DNA of 63,246 bases, counting the filler, from Cercozoa sp. M6MM (taxonomy: Eukaryota; Protista; Endomyxa: Ascetosporea): assembly GCA_040357565.1 (NCBI GenBank). It is 9 parts of 9 records of this genome, joined end to end, with 100 filler letters (N's around TTAATTAATTAA, not from the genome) between each part and the next. Parts side by side here need not be neighbours in the genome. Positions count along the whole stretch, not along the records: positions 6,155 to 20,207 come from JBDODJ010000340.1; positions 20,308 to 31,264 come from JBDODJ010000424.1; 7 more parts are not named here. One strand, given 5' to 3'. Both the position numbers and the translations under genes were made by a program. Below, piece by piece: positions 12,680 to 25,200 of the stretch. Within the stretch, counting starts at the first letter, position 1. Each line of letters starts with the position of its first letter. Under the pieces are notes generated by a model. It ran no database searches. It was not told the origin of the DNA and saw only the letters and a list, made by a program, of their open reading frames with translations.

Positions 12680-12845
12680 GAGTCTTCTAGGAAACCAACT
12701 AAGTAGTTCCCCTGCTTGCAGCAGTCGGGGCGGGGGGTCACAAGAGGATGACCATGTCTACCGCCCTCTTCGGGTAGGACCATACAACTCCGTTGGTTTG
12801 ATATAACGTACGGTAAGGCTCAACCACCTAACTTACAGCAGTAGC
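12680..12845. other. Dispersed conserved non-coding element, copy 1 (candidate ncRNA or small non-autonomous mobile element)
   Basis: Shares collinear blocks GAAACCA, CAACTA, GTAGTTCCCC, GGTCACAAG and CATACAACTCC with 46389-46520. Lies between two convergent stop codons. Confidence 0.6.
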
Positions 12846-12891
12846 TACAGTAACACAGTTGCGTTGATGGCGTGGAGCGGACCGGACTACG

Positions 12892-15761
12892 CTACTCGGG
12901 CGCTGCTGCTGCAGGCACAAGCGCCGGGAGGTGCAAGCGCATGGACTTGCTGCTGTGCGCGGACTCCGACAGCAGGAAGCGTGAGGGTTCAAAACCTACA
13001 CAGTGAGAACCGGCAGCGATCTCGTCGCCTAAGGCACACCAACCCCCAATCGATGAAATAGCAGTCAACTCAAAATAACTTGGTACCACCGACACTCAGG
13101 ATTCCTTCAAGTGGGTCAATCGCTTGCGCATAGGCCAATGCGCGCTTCGTTTGCTTTGTCGAGAGGGCCTGTAGTGTTAACATACCATGAGTGGATTATC
13201 ATCCAAACACAAAACATGTCGAGGAAGGTACGGACGGCAACAGGACTGATGAGACTCCGTGCTTCAGCAGCGAGTGACGCAATAGAGCCTGAACCAGGCA
13301 TGATAAAAAAACAAAAGGAAGAGGGAAATATGCACTCACACTTATTTAAAGAAAGAAGGAAAGAAAGGATAGACAAATGCACACGCAGAACCAGAAAAGC
13401 AAGTAGATACAACACGTTGTGCAGTCAGGTGGTGATCGTCGGCACGTCGTTGCAGCACAGCTAATTGCGGCGTGTGCTGATTTTGCTGCAACAAGCTCTC
13501 CATGGCACTACACACATCAACACTTATACACGATGCACAAAGACACAGAGACACAGGAAATCACACCTGAGAGGCGGCTCGTCGTGTGTCTCGACTTGTG
13601 TAAGAATGCTGAAAGACGGAGCATCCTCAACTTGCCGCAAGAGAGACAAAAACTGCTGCTCCTGCACTTGGACTGGTGTGCACGCCTTCAGTGACCTAAT
13701 ACAAAGAGACGACACATCAAGCAAAGTCCCTACACGGTGTAGACGCTAAGCTGGACTACCTAAGCAAGAGAATGAGTCGATCGACTCCAGCAGCCCAGCC
13801 AACGGCAGGCACGGCTCTGTCCTTGTCCTTGGTCTTGTTGGCGCCAAGAATCATGCCACCCAGCGCGTCGTATCTTCCTCTGTGTACAAGACAACACGTA
13901 CACGGAATGCTAGATAGGGATAAGTAAGGCGTACCCAGCAAGCACCGTGGTTTGCGACCGACCCAGCGCCTTTCGAGCCTCGTTAGAGCATGCCACGAAC
14001 TCAAATACAACGCCTGCAAGCACACCATGTGAAGTATACAAGTCACGTGCACAGGTGTCAGTACCAGCGTAGTAGTCCAGTCCTCGAACGAGCGAGTTGT
14101 TCACCTTGAACGGGACACCTAAGTATGCATACGAACGTATCAACACACGTACACACACGGAAAGAAACCGTGTATACCAGCCAAGGTTAGTCCCTGGGTA
14201 ACATGCTGCAAGTGCTGACGTTCTTCGGACGACAGAAACTCCTGCAGCGACGGTGCGTTGCCCAACACCCTCCGGTCGCCCTGAAATACACAACCAATGA
14301 CAACAATCAATAAGCCACATCGGAGCAAACGCAAACACACTGGGTCTTTGCTGTCGAGAACACGGAGTAGCGATGCCTTTTCGTCATTCCCCTGTATGCA
14401 ATACAAGCTCGAATGGCGCGTCTTTCTATGCACAGACAGGAGAGAAAGCTACATGGCAAGACAGACGGTGCCTGGTTTCGTCACTCACTGTTTCGGTGTG
14501 CTGCTGCAAATACGCGCGCAGTGCCGCCTCGAACGCAGCAACCGACGCTTGCGAAGGAAGCAAGTTCAACTGCAGTTCGACGTGCGTGTCCACTTTCTGG
14601 TCTCATGAAAATCCAGTTTAGTTTAATCCAATCCAGTCCCCCAGTTCAGTCCATTTCAGTCCAGTCAAGTCCAGTCCAGAAATGAGTCGGAAGAGTATAC
14701 CTGACCAATGAGTCGGCGCAGTGCCTCGTGTGCCAGCAAGATGGCCTCCAAATCAAGCAGTTCGTTCGACGCAGTTGCCTGTCCACTTCCATATATACAC
14801 ATGTCGATAGATATATGCATAAGTACCAAGACATACCAGAAGCTCGATGCCGAATTGACGGAAGCAGCGCAGTCGACCCTGTTTACAGATTCCCCGACTG
14901 AAAGAGAGCGAGAGAGAAAGAGACAGAGGCATAGGTAACGTGCATACTTTTTGCGGACGCTCGTGGCGAAACATATCACCCGAGTAGCACAGTCGCTGCC
15001 ACTCGTGGGGAATCTGCGCAGGAGGATAAAGTGGTGGCAGTACCACCAGACATTGTTAAAGAAAAAGGTACAGTGAGTGGATTTGCACGCGCAAGCACTG
15101 CACGCAGCGTCGGCGCCGTTCCTTCCGGCCGCAGGGTCAGTAGGTCCTCCTCTCGCTCTTCCTGTGTACACATTCCTGAGTGGATACATATCCATTCGAT
15201 ACATATCTAGTCGATACACATCTACATTGAGTCGACGTACTGTGCTGTGTCCTAGTGGCGATACACGGTACAACTCCTTCTTGACAACGTCAGTGTCGGT
15301 GCCCAGAGAGTGCGCAAACAGCGACGTCTGTAAAGATACTGAGCTGGCGCAATCAAGGGACACATATTTCAAAATAGTACCTTTTCAACTGCCGGCGTGT
15401 GGACCCTCTTGTACCTACACAGCACACAAATGTACACTCACGCAGAGGTACGAGGAAGTATATAATACCCCTGCAATCGACACACTGACAGCAGCGCCTG
15501 TTCTACTGCCTCGACTTCCTGTTCGCAAAGGCACATGCGACACTCGATAACCTGACAGGCATCGTGTACCTCATAGCCACCGTCACTGCCCTTAATCGAC
15601 GAGGTGGAAGGAAGCCAATCTCGCATGCCCCTTACGGCTTGCAACTATTACGCAGACAAGCGGCGTTCACAGCTGAAGCATGCGATTTGTTGTGTGGGTA
15701 CATCATGCGAAAGCCGAGATTGTGCGCGGGCGGACGCCGACTTTACAGCGCGTACTAACAT
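12892..15761 (-). CDS. hisS: Histidyl-tRNA synthetase, bacterial-type, with putative mitochondrial presequence
   Basis: MLVRAVKSASARAQSRLS presequence; VRGMRDWLP, TPAVEK|TSLFAHSLG..TDVVKKELY, LRPEGTA, YSGDMFRHERPQK|GRLRCFRQFGIE, LVRGLDYY, LAG|GRYD, AVGWAAGVDRL. The exact 3' end is less certain. Confidence 0.9.
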
Positions 15762-16022
15762 CTATGCAGTAGTTTCACACACGTGAACTTTGTGCTGCGG
15801 GCTAGTACGCGCTACAGTATGATCGGGAGCGCTGGGCTCCGAAATTAAAAGCGTGCACATTGTCAGCTGTGTTTGCCCCTCGGACTAGCTACTGTAAGAT
15901 TGTACTAAACTACCTGAACGCCGAAAAACACATACAGGGAATGACAAGGACTTGTGCTTGTATCGGCAAATGAAGTTGAAGCAGCCAGTCACAATTCAAG
16001 CATCGGGTTTGGGTGACGGTCG

Positions 16023-17896
16023 TCACTCGAGGAAGGAAAGCACGTGCGCTGCCGTTTCCGCCGGTCGCTGCGAGTGCGGCGAATGACCGCAGTTCCTGTG
16101 CACACAATGTTGGACTCAGCTCGACACAAGCGGGTGGAGTGAGTTAAAAAAGAGAAAACTAACTCGACAACGCGAACATCGGCATGTGGAATAAGCCGCT
16201 AGCGCACACGTAAAAGCACAATGACATAGGAACACAGGAGGGTCATAACAGTGTAAAAGCACACCTGCAAGGTCTCGCAGTTGCGGAACGGACAGGTCGT
16301 GTCGTTGGTGCCCCAGACCTAAAGCACAGGGACAATAAACGATACGAAGCGCTGACTGGGAAGAACAAACGCACCACATGCACACGCGTGCGTTGCGCAA
16401 ACTCAAGTGGCGCCAACGCGGCGAAGCAGTGCTCCAGATCGTCCAGTCGGAAGTGTCGCAGACTGCAGATATACGAGACGGGATACAAGGAGCACAACGA
16501 CACACGGAAAGCAAGGAGAACACAGCACGTGCTGAGTAGCGATCGAGACATGCCGGGGTTCTTGCCAAAGTACTCTCTGCAACAGTACAGACACTCTTGT
16601 GTCGTGTTGTTTTGCTTTAAACTCGCCTGTGCTACCGAACGTTGTGCTCGACCTGCGCGAGCATGTCGTTGCCGAAACCGAGTCGCAGAAAGTCGCGTTT
16701 CGCATTGCGAATCATCAGCGCGGGCTACGCACAACAAGTTCGTTCCCTTCAGTCTCTGTGCTCTTATACAAGTAGTGGAAACTACGGCAACAAAGGAGGC
16801 CAGCAGGTCACTCAGCACAGGCACGTGCACCAGCTTGGCTGCAAAGGGTTTGCCTGTGGGACTGTGATGACACACCATATGGAGGGTGGCAGGAAGGACA
16901 AAGAGGCAAGGTAACACGAGAGGGTACAGTCCAGCAGGCGACATGAAGATCACATTGTTCAACAACGAGGCGAATTCGGCATCGGCAGCAGCGGCGTACC
17001 GGTGGCAGAAACGCTGTCAGAAAGACCATACCACCAGTACAGATGGAAAACAGAGGCTGACATCAGTACCGCACAGACAGCGCCACCCATAGACCAGCCG
17101 AGGAGTGCACTACAGCAACAACAACATCGTCAACTACAACTGACAGGACGGGCAAAACACAAGACTGAGAAGTACAATTGCTTTTCGGGAATCACAGTGC
17201 GCAGGAACTCGGCGAGTTGATCGGCGAAAAAGTCTTCGTTCATGCACATTGTGTCGTCGCTCTCACTGCAGGGGGGATGAAAAGTAAACCGGGTCCAATA
17301 GAGAGTAAAGGGGACACAGTGTCAACCTCCAACCACGGCCGTATAGGTCGAGTGCGATAACGCGTCGTTTGCCCACCTTGGTCAGCTGATCGCCTGCAGG
17401 GAGCAAAGTAACTCTCCTCTCCAGAGCCACAATAACACAAGGAAGCACCCAGGTGTGGCCAAAAAGCCGTGCTGCTCGTTGTGATGCCGTGTACCAGCAC
17501 GAGGATTCTGTCGTCAACGTCATCTGCTAAACAGTCAAAACGTACATAAGCCTCATGGACAAAAAACAGCGACTCTACCAGCATCCTCAGCCTGGCCTGC
17601 CTCGTGCAGCGACTGTCCCGGTCGTACGTCCAGGTCTGCTTATTGCAAGCAAGGGTAAGTGACCACCTGAAGCTTTTAACTGAACTCAGAGCAACGGGCC
17701 GTACAGTGCACGTTGCCACGACTGAGTCGCACGAACTTGCCGGGCGCATCGACGCGATCACGTGCTACCTGCACATATCTACTACTGGACAGTGTAGACA
17801 CTACAGAACCAAGTGCCCAACCTTTCCGCGCGGAAGGCTTCGCCGAATTAAGACGATCAACGTAACCAAAATGCCCAAGAGGAACACCCACAACAT
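16023..17896 (-). CDS. Alpha/beta-fold hydrolase with N-terminal signal anchor
   Basis: MLWVFLLGILVTLIVLIRR anchor; LVLVHG, VIALDLYGRG, GWSMGG nucleophile elbow, VWGTNDTTCP (acid), NCGHSPH (His); ends VLSFLE-TGA. Confidence 0.88.
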
Positions 17897-18095
17897 TGGT
17901 TTTTGTCCAATGATATCGCAAAAAATTCGCATGCACACAGCCACGGAGCACAAATGCGATCTATCACCCAAGCAAGGTGGCTACAAAAACTAAACGCACC
18001 CTTAATGTTAGCTGCACACAAGCTGCACCGCGAATCCTGATGTGTGTGTTGCACTAAGCTACACTTGTTTTAGTTGTTACGTCTATTGCATCGCG

Positions 18096-18875
18096 ATGTC
18101 TTGTATAGCGAGCGTAAATTCGACCATCCGCTCGGTCTTTGTGTGTTGTCACTTCTCCTGTGTTCTCGTTGCGCAGTCGCAGCGCTTCTTCCTGCGTGCG
18201 ATCAACTTTGCACTTGCTTGTCTGGGTCTGGCCGCCAGTGGCTATGCCATTCACCTGGTACCGCATGTCTGACTGACGAAGCGAGTCACTGTGTTGTTAT
18301 TGCGTGAGTAGATTCAAAAGACGCACACGCTGTTCACATGGTAGATGAGCTTCCGCTTATTCCTATGAGGGTGTGTGTGTGTGTCCTAACTGAGTGTGCT
18401 TTCAGGATGCTGCTAATCCTGGGTGTGTATGTGTCGCTGCTTGGCCTGAGCGGCTTCCTGGGCGCGTCGCTCAAGTCGCGCAACACGCTCTTCTTCTACG
18501 CTGTGCAGGTCTTCGGACTCCTGATTGCGCAGGGTATGTCAGCTGCTCTTTTATTGTTGTCTCCCTTTCTGGGAAGACGCACTTTTACTCTTGCTCTGGC
18601 CTGTGTACACGCAGCTGTCTTCATCATCACTCTGCTGGCCAACAAGAACTGGCTCATCGAGAAACTCAGCAGTGGCGGCGACGATGACAACTACAAATAC
18701 ATCGAGGGTACTGCCCACCCACCCACCTCTCTGCCCATTTGCCTATCTACCTACCTACCTACCTACCTACCTACCTACCTACCTACCTATTTGCACAGAC
18801 CTTGTGCGCAAGAATGTGACGATCACGGCCAGTGTCAGTGGCGTCCTTGTGTTCGTAATTCTCTCTCTGTCTCTT

Positions 18876-18947
<72 letters not shown>

Positions 18948-19429
18948 TGTCTCTCTCTCTCTCTGTCTCTCTCTGTCTCTGTCTCTGTCCCTGTCTCTCT
19001 CTCTGTCTCTGTCTCTGTCTCTGTCTCTGTCCCTGTCTCTGTCTCTGTCTCTGTCTCTGTCACGTGCTTTGTGTGCTTGTTGCCAGGTGGAGATCATCGC
19101 TCTCGCCATGGCACTGAACTACCGCTCGCGACTCGGTGGCGTGCTCTCGCTCGACGACTATGACGACATCACCTCGGTACACCTGTCTGAATTACATATA
19201 GTAAGACATATGTGTGTGTATACATGTCCTGATCTGCAGGTGTCGTACCGATCACTGGGCGACCCGGAGGAACCGCGCATGTCGCGCACCGACCGCAAGC
19301 GTGCCGGTATGCTGTTCCTCCTGTGAGGTGACTCAGGTGTCATGTTTATGTATCTATGTGACTCCATGTGGCACACCAGAGCTCGACGCCAAGTACGGCA
19401 CGACGCGTTTCTCCGACTCGAACCGTTAA
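18096..19429 (+). CDS. Tetraspanin-like 4-TM protein (TOM2A/TET18-20-like layout)
   Basis: Four hydrophobic helices (RAINFALACLGLAASGYAI; LLILGVYVSLLGLSGFLGA; LFFYAVQVFGLLIAQAVFII; VSGVLVFVEIIALAMAL). Tail ...RA|ELDAKYG. No CCG motif. Confidence 0.7.
18745..19060. repeat. (ACCT)n, (CT)n and (CTCTGT)n microsatellites in two consecutive introns
   Basis: Seen directly. Confidence 0.9.
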
Positions 19430-19865
19430 CCGTGAGGAGACGTAGAAATTCCGTACTGGGTGAGAGTGATCACACGCGACTCTTGCGTTCTCCTCTTCCC
19501 CGTACCTCCTGGCGACTGGGCCATCTAGCGTAGTAGAGGCTGCTGCCATGCACGCGACTGTTGCGGTATGAAACCAGTAACAAAGGTGAAGACGACTAAA
19601 TAATGGAAGTGCTACCGCCAGTTAGAAAGACGTCGATAGGGAAGGGAATCAATGAACTTCTTAGCCCGACAGCGACGAGGCCGGGACAACAAAAATGATG
19701 ACGCGGACTAAGTCGAGTTGCAAGTTAAAACTATTAAAAAAAAAAACGAGAGGAGAAACTTCCATGCCAGTCGAGTTTAATCTGATTCAGTTCAGTTCGA
19801 ATTCAGTACTAGTGTTCAGTTGCAATTGAGTTTCTAGCTCAGAGTCTGACAGTGCGAACTTCGCT

Positions 19866-20174
19866 CTACTGCTCCTCGGACCCGGAATCGGCCGCGACAG
19901 CGGTTGTCGGTTGTTCGGTCGGCTCAGCCTGCGGCTCTGGCTCCGACTCAAGGTGCGGCTCCGGCTCGTAGGCAGAGTCGTCCGTCTTGGAGGCATCGGC
20001 GTCCTGCAGATCCTCGGTTGACTGGAGCGGCTGTTCTGACATCTCATCGGCATGCTTCTCCTCCTCCTGCAATGGTATAGTAGCAGGGGGTAAAGATGAT
20101 GTGCAGCAGGAATACCACGCTCTCGTCGCACTCTTCCATCTGCTCCTCGATCGGCGCACATCGCAGATAGCTCA
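19866..20174 (-). CDS. 3'-terminal acidic exons of an unidentified gene (truncated by linker)
   Basis: Two exons with GT-AG boundaries ending ...DSGSEEQ-TAG. Confidence 0.55.
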
Positions 20175-20359
20175 TCTGCACGGGGGGAAGGGGATAAAGA
20201 GGCGGGTNNNNNNNNNNNNNNNNNNNNNNNNNNNNNNNNNNNNNNNNNNNNTTAATTAATTAANNNNNNNNNNNNNNNNNNNNNNNNNNNNNNNNNNNNN
20301 NNNNNNNATGTGCCCTCGCGTGCGCGCGTGTGGGTGCGGGGGGGGGGGGGGGGGGTAGG

Positions 20360-21795
20360 AGTTACCGTTCTGATCAAGTGCGTCCTGATCATGTGCGGCT
20401 TCATCCCTTTCATCGTCGATTTCAACATGCTCAAACTTGCGTCGCAGTCGTCGCCTCAGTTGCCGCAAACAGGCGCTCAGCGACGGCAACGCCGGCTGTC
20501 TTCTCGTCCAAAACTCGAACCCGAACGTCTCCTGCCCAGAGTGCAATTACATTTAGATAGTAAGGGACAGAACAGGGACGAAAGAGCAGTCACATAAGTG
20601 TTTCCATGCCACACTAGCAGAGGCAAGATTGCGACTTCGGAGCTGTTTTCGCAAGGTGGCCACGTACGATATGTCTGGATGCAGAAGGTGAAACGAAATT
20701 CACGTATACAAAGAAGAGACTAACACACAGCAACTGCAGCATCACTGCGTGCAAGAAGTTCTCGTCGGTTCGTGCGTTCTCTCTTGACTTGCACTACGTG
20801 TCAATAAGGATAGCCGCAGTGAACACGTAGTTGACGAGTGTACCAGGCACATGTGTGTACATATGATGCAGAGAAACGTTCGACACTGCACGTGTCACGC
20901 CGCCGTCACGTACCTCCAAGTGCTAGACGGTAAAGCGTAGAAGGTAAAGGAGCAAAAGTAGAAAATAACTCACAGGAAACAAATAAGGGTATGTGCGATG
21001 TAGGTCCTTGCATGCATCGTCTGCGCAGAAGGGTACACATCTTGTAAATCAGAAGCTGTGAAGGAGTAAAGGAGTAAAACCTGAAGCAAAGACTTGCGTG
21101 CAGTCGTAGTCCCCGGCAGAATGGTCAAATCTTTGGCAACCTCGCACTGAAGATGCACGTACACGTGACAGCTAAGGACTTAGAGAGTATATACAGTCGT
21201 CCATGCCGTGTGCTGCATCCGCGTGCGAGTGCGTTAGCAAAACAGCATCCACGCGAGTGCACCCGTACAGTGGCAACTATGGAAGGCAGTCAGAACAAAA
21301 AGGGAGTATAGTAACAATTCAGGGAATTAAAAAAATCAGTAAGGAGATCAGGGATAAAGAGGCAGAGCGTAAGGCGAAGGAGTAAAGTCACCCAGGTAAT
21401 GGCAGCATTTCTAAACATCTTGCCCGCATCCAAGATGACATGGGCAGACGGCGATAAACGCAACAGTGCACTCGGACATAGTCTACCAGCAACCGTAAGG
21501 TTCGGAGGACAATCAAAATGAAAGTGTCACCGGTAATTGTCATTAAGCATCGGCGTCCCTTCCTTCGCTTTGCGGCATGCGCAGTCTCTACATTGACTTA
21601 AATGCTGAAGGCGAAGGCAGAAACAACAAAAATTACCTATCAGACATCAAACACACTGCAGCAGGAGTTCCGCTGCTGGCGCCCGACCCTGCACCGTATC
21701 AAGGAGTTCCAAAGGCACTCATCTTCTCCGCAGCCCAGCGATCCGATCTTACCCAAGATGACTAGGCCCGGAGGCGTATCGTGAGCAGTGTCCAT
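20360..21795 (-). CDS. Metallo-beta-lactamase-fold hydrolase, PhnP/YcfH-adjacent (S. pombe C777.06c-like) type; 3'-truncated
   Basis: Missed by the ORF track. Spliced: LVILG|SGASSGTPAAVC...C.CRKA...NDNYR|LCPSALL...ILDAGKMFR...W|LP...VDAVLLTHSHADAAHGMDD|LR...TYPYLF (HxHxD metal motif). Confidence 0.85.
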
Positions 21796-22223
21796 TCAAA
21801 AGTAAATGCACTCTAGTGTCTCACGGTCTAAGTTCGCTCTGAATCTTCGCGCGACGATCCGAAATCACACGCTCGACCAGCAAGCATTCAGACAGCATTC
21901 AGTGTGTTCGCCAGGAGCTGCCGCACGTCGTTGCGCAGGAGCTTCGCGGCGGTTAGATATCAGTGTTGGCCAGAAGCTGCTGTACAGTACGTCGCTGCGC
22001 GGGGAGCTTCGCGCGGCGGTTCGATATCACACCACGGCGACCACGGCGACCACGTCTATGCATGACTGTCGTGTAACGGACGTAAATAAATGACACGTGG
22101 CGCAACCACTTGGACCACGACACAACGCAACAATCCCACAACACGACAGCGGACGGGGGAGACAAGATGTCGCATGCGATTGGTGCTTGATGTGGCTTGA
22201 CTTGGGGGTGTTACTTAGTGACG

Positions 22224-25200
22224 TCACTCGTCGAGATCGGGCGAATTGAGCGCGCTCAGCTGCGGAAGTTCGAGCTGCGACGCCGACAGCTGTCGCTCCT
22301 GCAGCCGCGTGTGCTCTGACGCAGGGAACGGGTCGTGCACCATCACCTGTGTGACGGACTTAAGAGGGGTAGACAATACGGAATATCAACGGGTACCGTG
22401 AGTGACTCGCCGCCCGCGCCTTTAATTTCAAGCTACGAAAACGATGTGGTCAAGGAGGGAGAGCACAAGACGAAAAAGCATCATACCACTCGAGAGGCGC
22501 GATCCTGACGCATCAAGTGACGTAGCACGCGACGCCCATTGCGGTAGGATGGAAAAACCACCAACACACGCGGCAGCAACGGCAGAATCACGGCGGGGTC
22601 CTCCACAACATTGCTTGCGTACAGCACAGCACCTGAACAGCAGGGGGTACAAGGCACTGCGCAGGAGTGGCGGGGGTATGAATACCAGTGGCAGCAAGGA
22701 CACACAACGCCAAGTCGACTCCAGCGGTGCGCCAATACCGTCTCCACCAAGACCATTGCCAGTCCAGTGCGAATGGCCGCAGCAACACCTATGCCGGAGG
22801 AAAGTGTACACCATCATGGAAAAAGCAGCAGGTTTAAAGCACCTGCTCCAGTGCCGCCATTCCTGTGAGTGTACATAGAAGAATTTTGCGACCCACGTCG
22901 CTCAACTATGGGGGGGAGGTATAACGGCAGCAAACTCCTCGACAGGTAACAAAAAATACAAACGACGTCGTCTCGGGGACGTAGGCGAACGCGACAACAG
23001 CGGTGACCACCACAACCGTCCTAACACAAAACGGTAAAAAACCCGGGGCACAAGGAGAGTGTAATCCTACCAAGCGTTGAATCGCATAAGATCACGCGAG
23101 AAAAGCGCCCGTCCCAGGCGTCGTTTCCATACCAGGCCTGTCAGACAACCAGAACACACATCGGACACGCAGACTCATCGAACACACAAATCAGAAACAC
23201 AATCGTTTAAGAATATACATTAAACGCATACAGAACGCACACAGAACGCACAGAACACGAGAAAATTAGCGTTTCTCACTACCACGACTGAGTTTCTTTT
23301 CGGCGACAGAACGCAATTGCCGTTGCTCAAAATGACCGCCTGCAACAACTGGGCATACCGACCAGTAAAGTAATAAGCGAACGACGTTTACCTTGTCCCT
23401 GCGAGTCGCCAAAGTGCCGTCCGGCATTGTCGACGCCCATGTCGCGCACCGTCTTGCGGTGACGCACGTCGACTTCGCCGTGCAAGTGCGAGCCTTCCTG
23501 TGGAGGCAGGATCAATATCAATGGGTGACAGCAAAGGTGTAGTAACAAGGAGTGACAAAGTGCGCTACATGCGTGTCGACGCCGCTCTCAATGAGGGCGC
23601 GCTGTTCCTTCTTCAGCTGCTCTTCGCGCGCCGCCTGTCGCAGTGCCTTGATGAGCGCCTCTTGCACAATATTTAGGTCCGTGAGTTGACCGCTGCAACC
23701 TCAATATTGATTCACACCCAGTTCACCTTTAAAAGCCAGTCAAGAGAAAGTAAGAAATAGATCGGTGGGTACACATGGATGATGACGGTGTACAACGGAA
23801 TGATGCGAGGCACGACGTACATGACCACCGGGAGTGGCAGTAGCACGGCCAAACAGGACCACCAGGTCTTGAACAGTGTGTCCGGGAGCTGCAGTGCCAC
23901 GGCAATCAGCGCCGACAGCAGGAACATGCACATCTGTGCGCACACAGACATACAAATCTTCCCGTACCCAACTACCTCCTTCTAAGGGTCATTGCGTTGG
24001 TATTACCTGTACAGTGTGCAGCAGGAACTTGTGCGACCCGAACCAGAATAAGTCGAGCTGTCCTTCGTCGTCACCCGACTCGGACACTGCCTCCGACGGC
24101 GACTCGACCGGTCCGTTGTGCTCTCTGTCGAACACCTGCGAGTGCGACACCGACTGCACACACACGCAGGAGTGACAGGGTCAAAGTAGAGGCCTGAGTA
24201 AGGGGGTAACGCACCTGTCGCCGGAAGCCATGACGCGAGGACATCTGCCGTCCACCGAGTGAGAAGGCGGACTGCTCGCGCTGCTGTGGTCGGTGTTCGG
24301 CACCGTTCTCGCTGGCCTCGCTGTCTTCCGACAGGGACCCGTCGTCGGCCTCCTTCGTCGGGCCCTTTCGGGACAAAATAACTGAGCGACGTCGGCGGCG
24401 ACGCCGTCCGAGCGACTGCGTGCTGAGTGAGCGGATCATGTTGAAGTCGTCGTCTGCCCGGGAGGGGGTGGTAACAGGGAAACAATGTGCGACAAGAAGG
24501 CAACACGTACCAAGAGACAAACGCCGCTTGACACTGCGATGCACGTTCACTGGAGACAGAAGAGGAGTAAATGGGGGGGGGGGGAGTAGGTAGAAAACAA
24601 GAATCAGGATGATGTTGCTACCATGCTCGGTGACACTGTGGTCACCTTGATCACTGTGATCACTCTCAGCGTCACTGTCCTCGTGTACAATGGCAAGGTC
24701 GGAACGCATGCGTCGAACCTACATACATGCCCATGCGTGTGTGTGTGTGCGTGTGTGTGTGTGTGTGTGCGTGTGTGTGTGTGCGCGTGTGTGTGTGTGT
24801 GTGTGTGTGTGTCCGCAGGATCCATGGTCGGTGTTACATCCTGACTGGGCGGCACCGAAGGCGATGGCGATGACGGTTTCTGTAGGGAGGGGGCATCGCA
24901 AAAAGGTAAAAAGCAACGAGGGAAGACAGGTAAAGGGGAGTAAAACCGACAGCGGCGTCGACGGAGCCGACACCGACGGTCGTCGCAGCACGATACGCTC
25001 CTCTGTGGAACCGTCGTCGCTCCCATTGTTGACCGAACCGTTAATGCTGCCTGTGGAACCGTCGTTGACCACAGCGGGACCGTCCGTACCACGTGCGGAA
25101 GCATCAATGACGCGCTGCGATAGCGCCGGCGACAGCGACGTCGCGCTCATGCGACGCGGACGCGGATGCTGCGAGAGGAACAAGGGGTGAAAGGATAGTG

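Noticed and set aside
12736-12744. Twister ribozyme from the GGTCACAAG loop-like motif
   Set aside because: The flanking P4 stem and the UAA/GAG pseudoknot partners could not be found in both copies.
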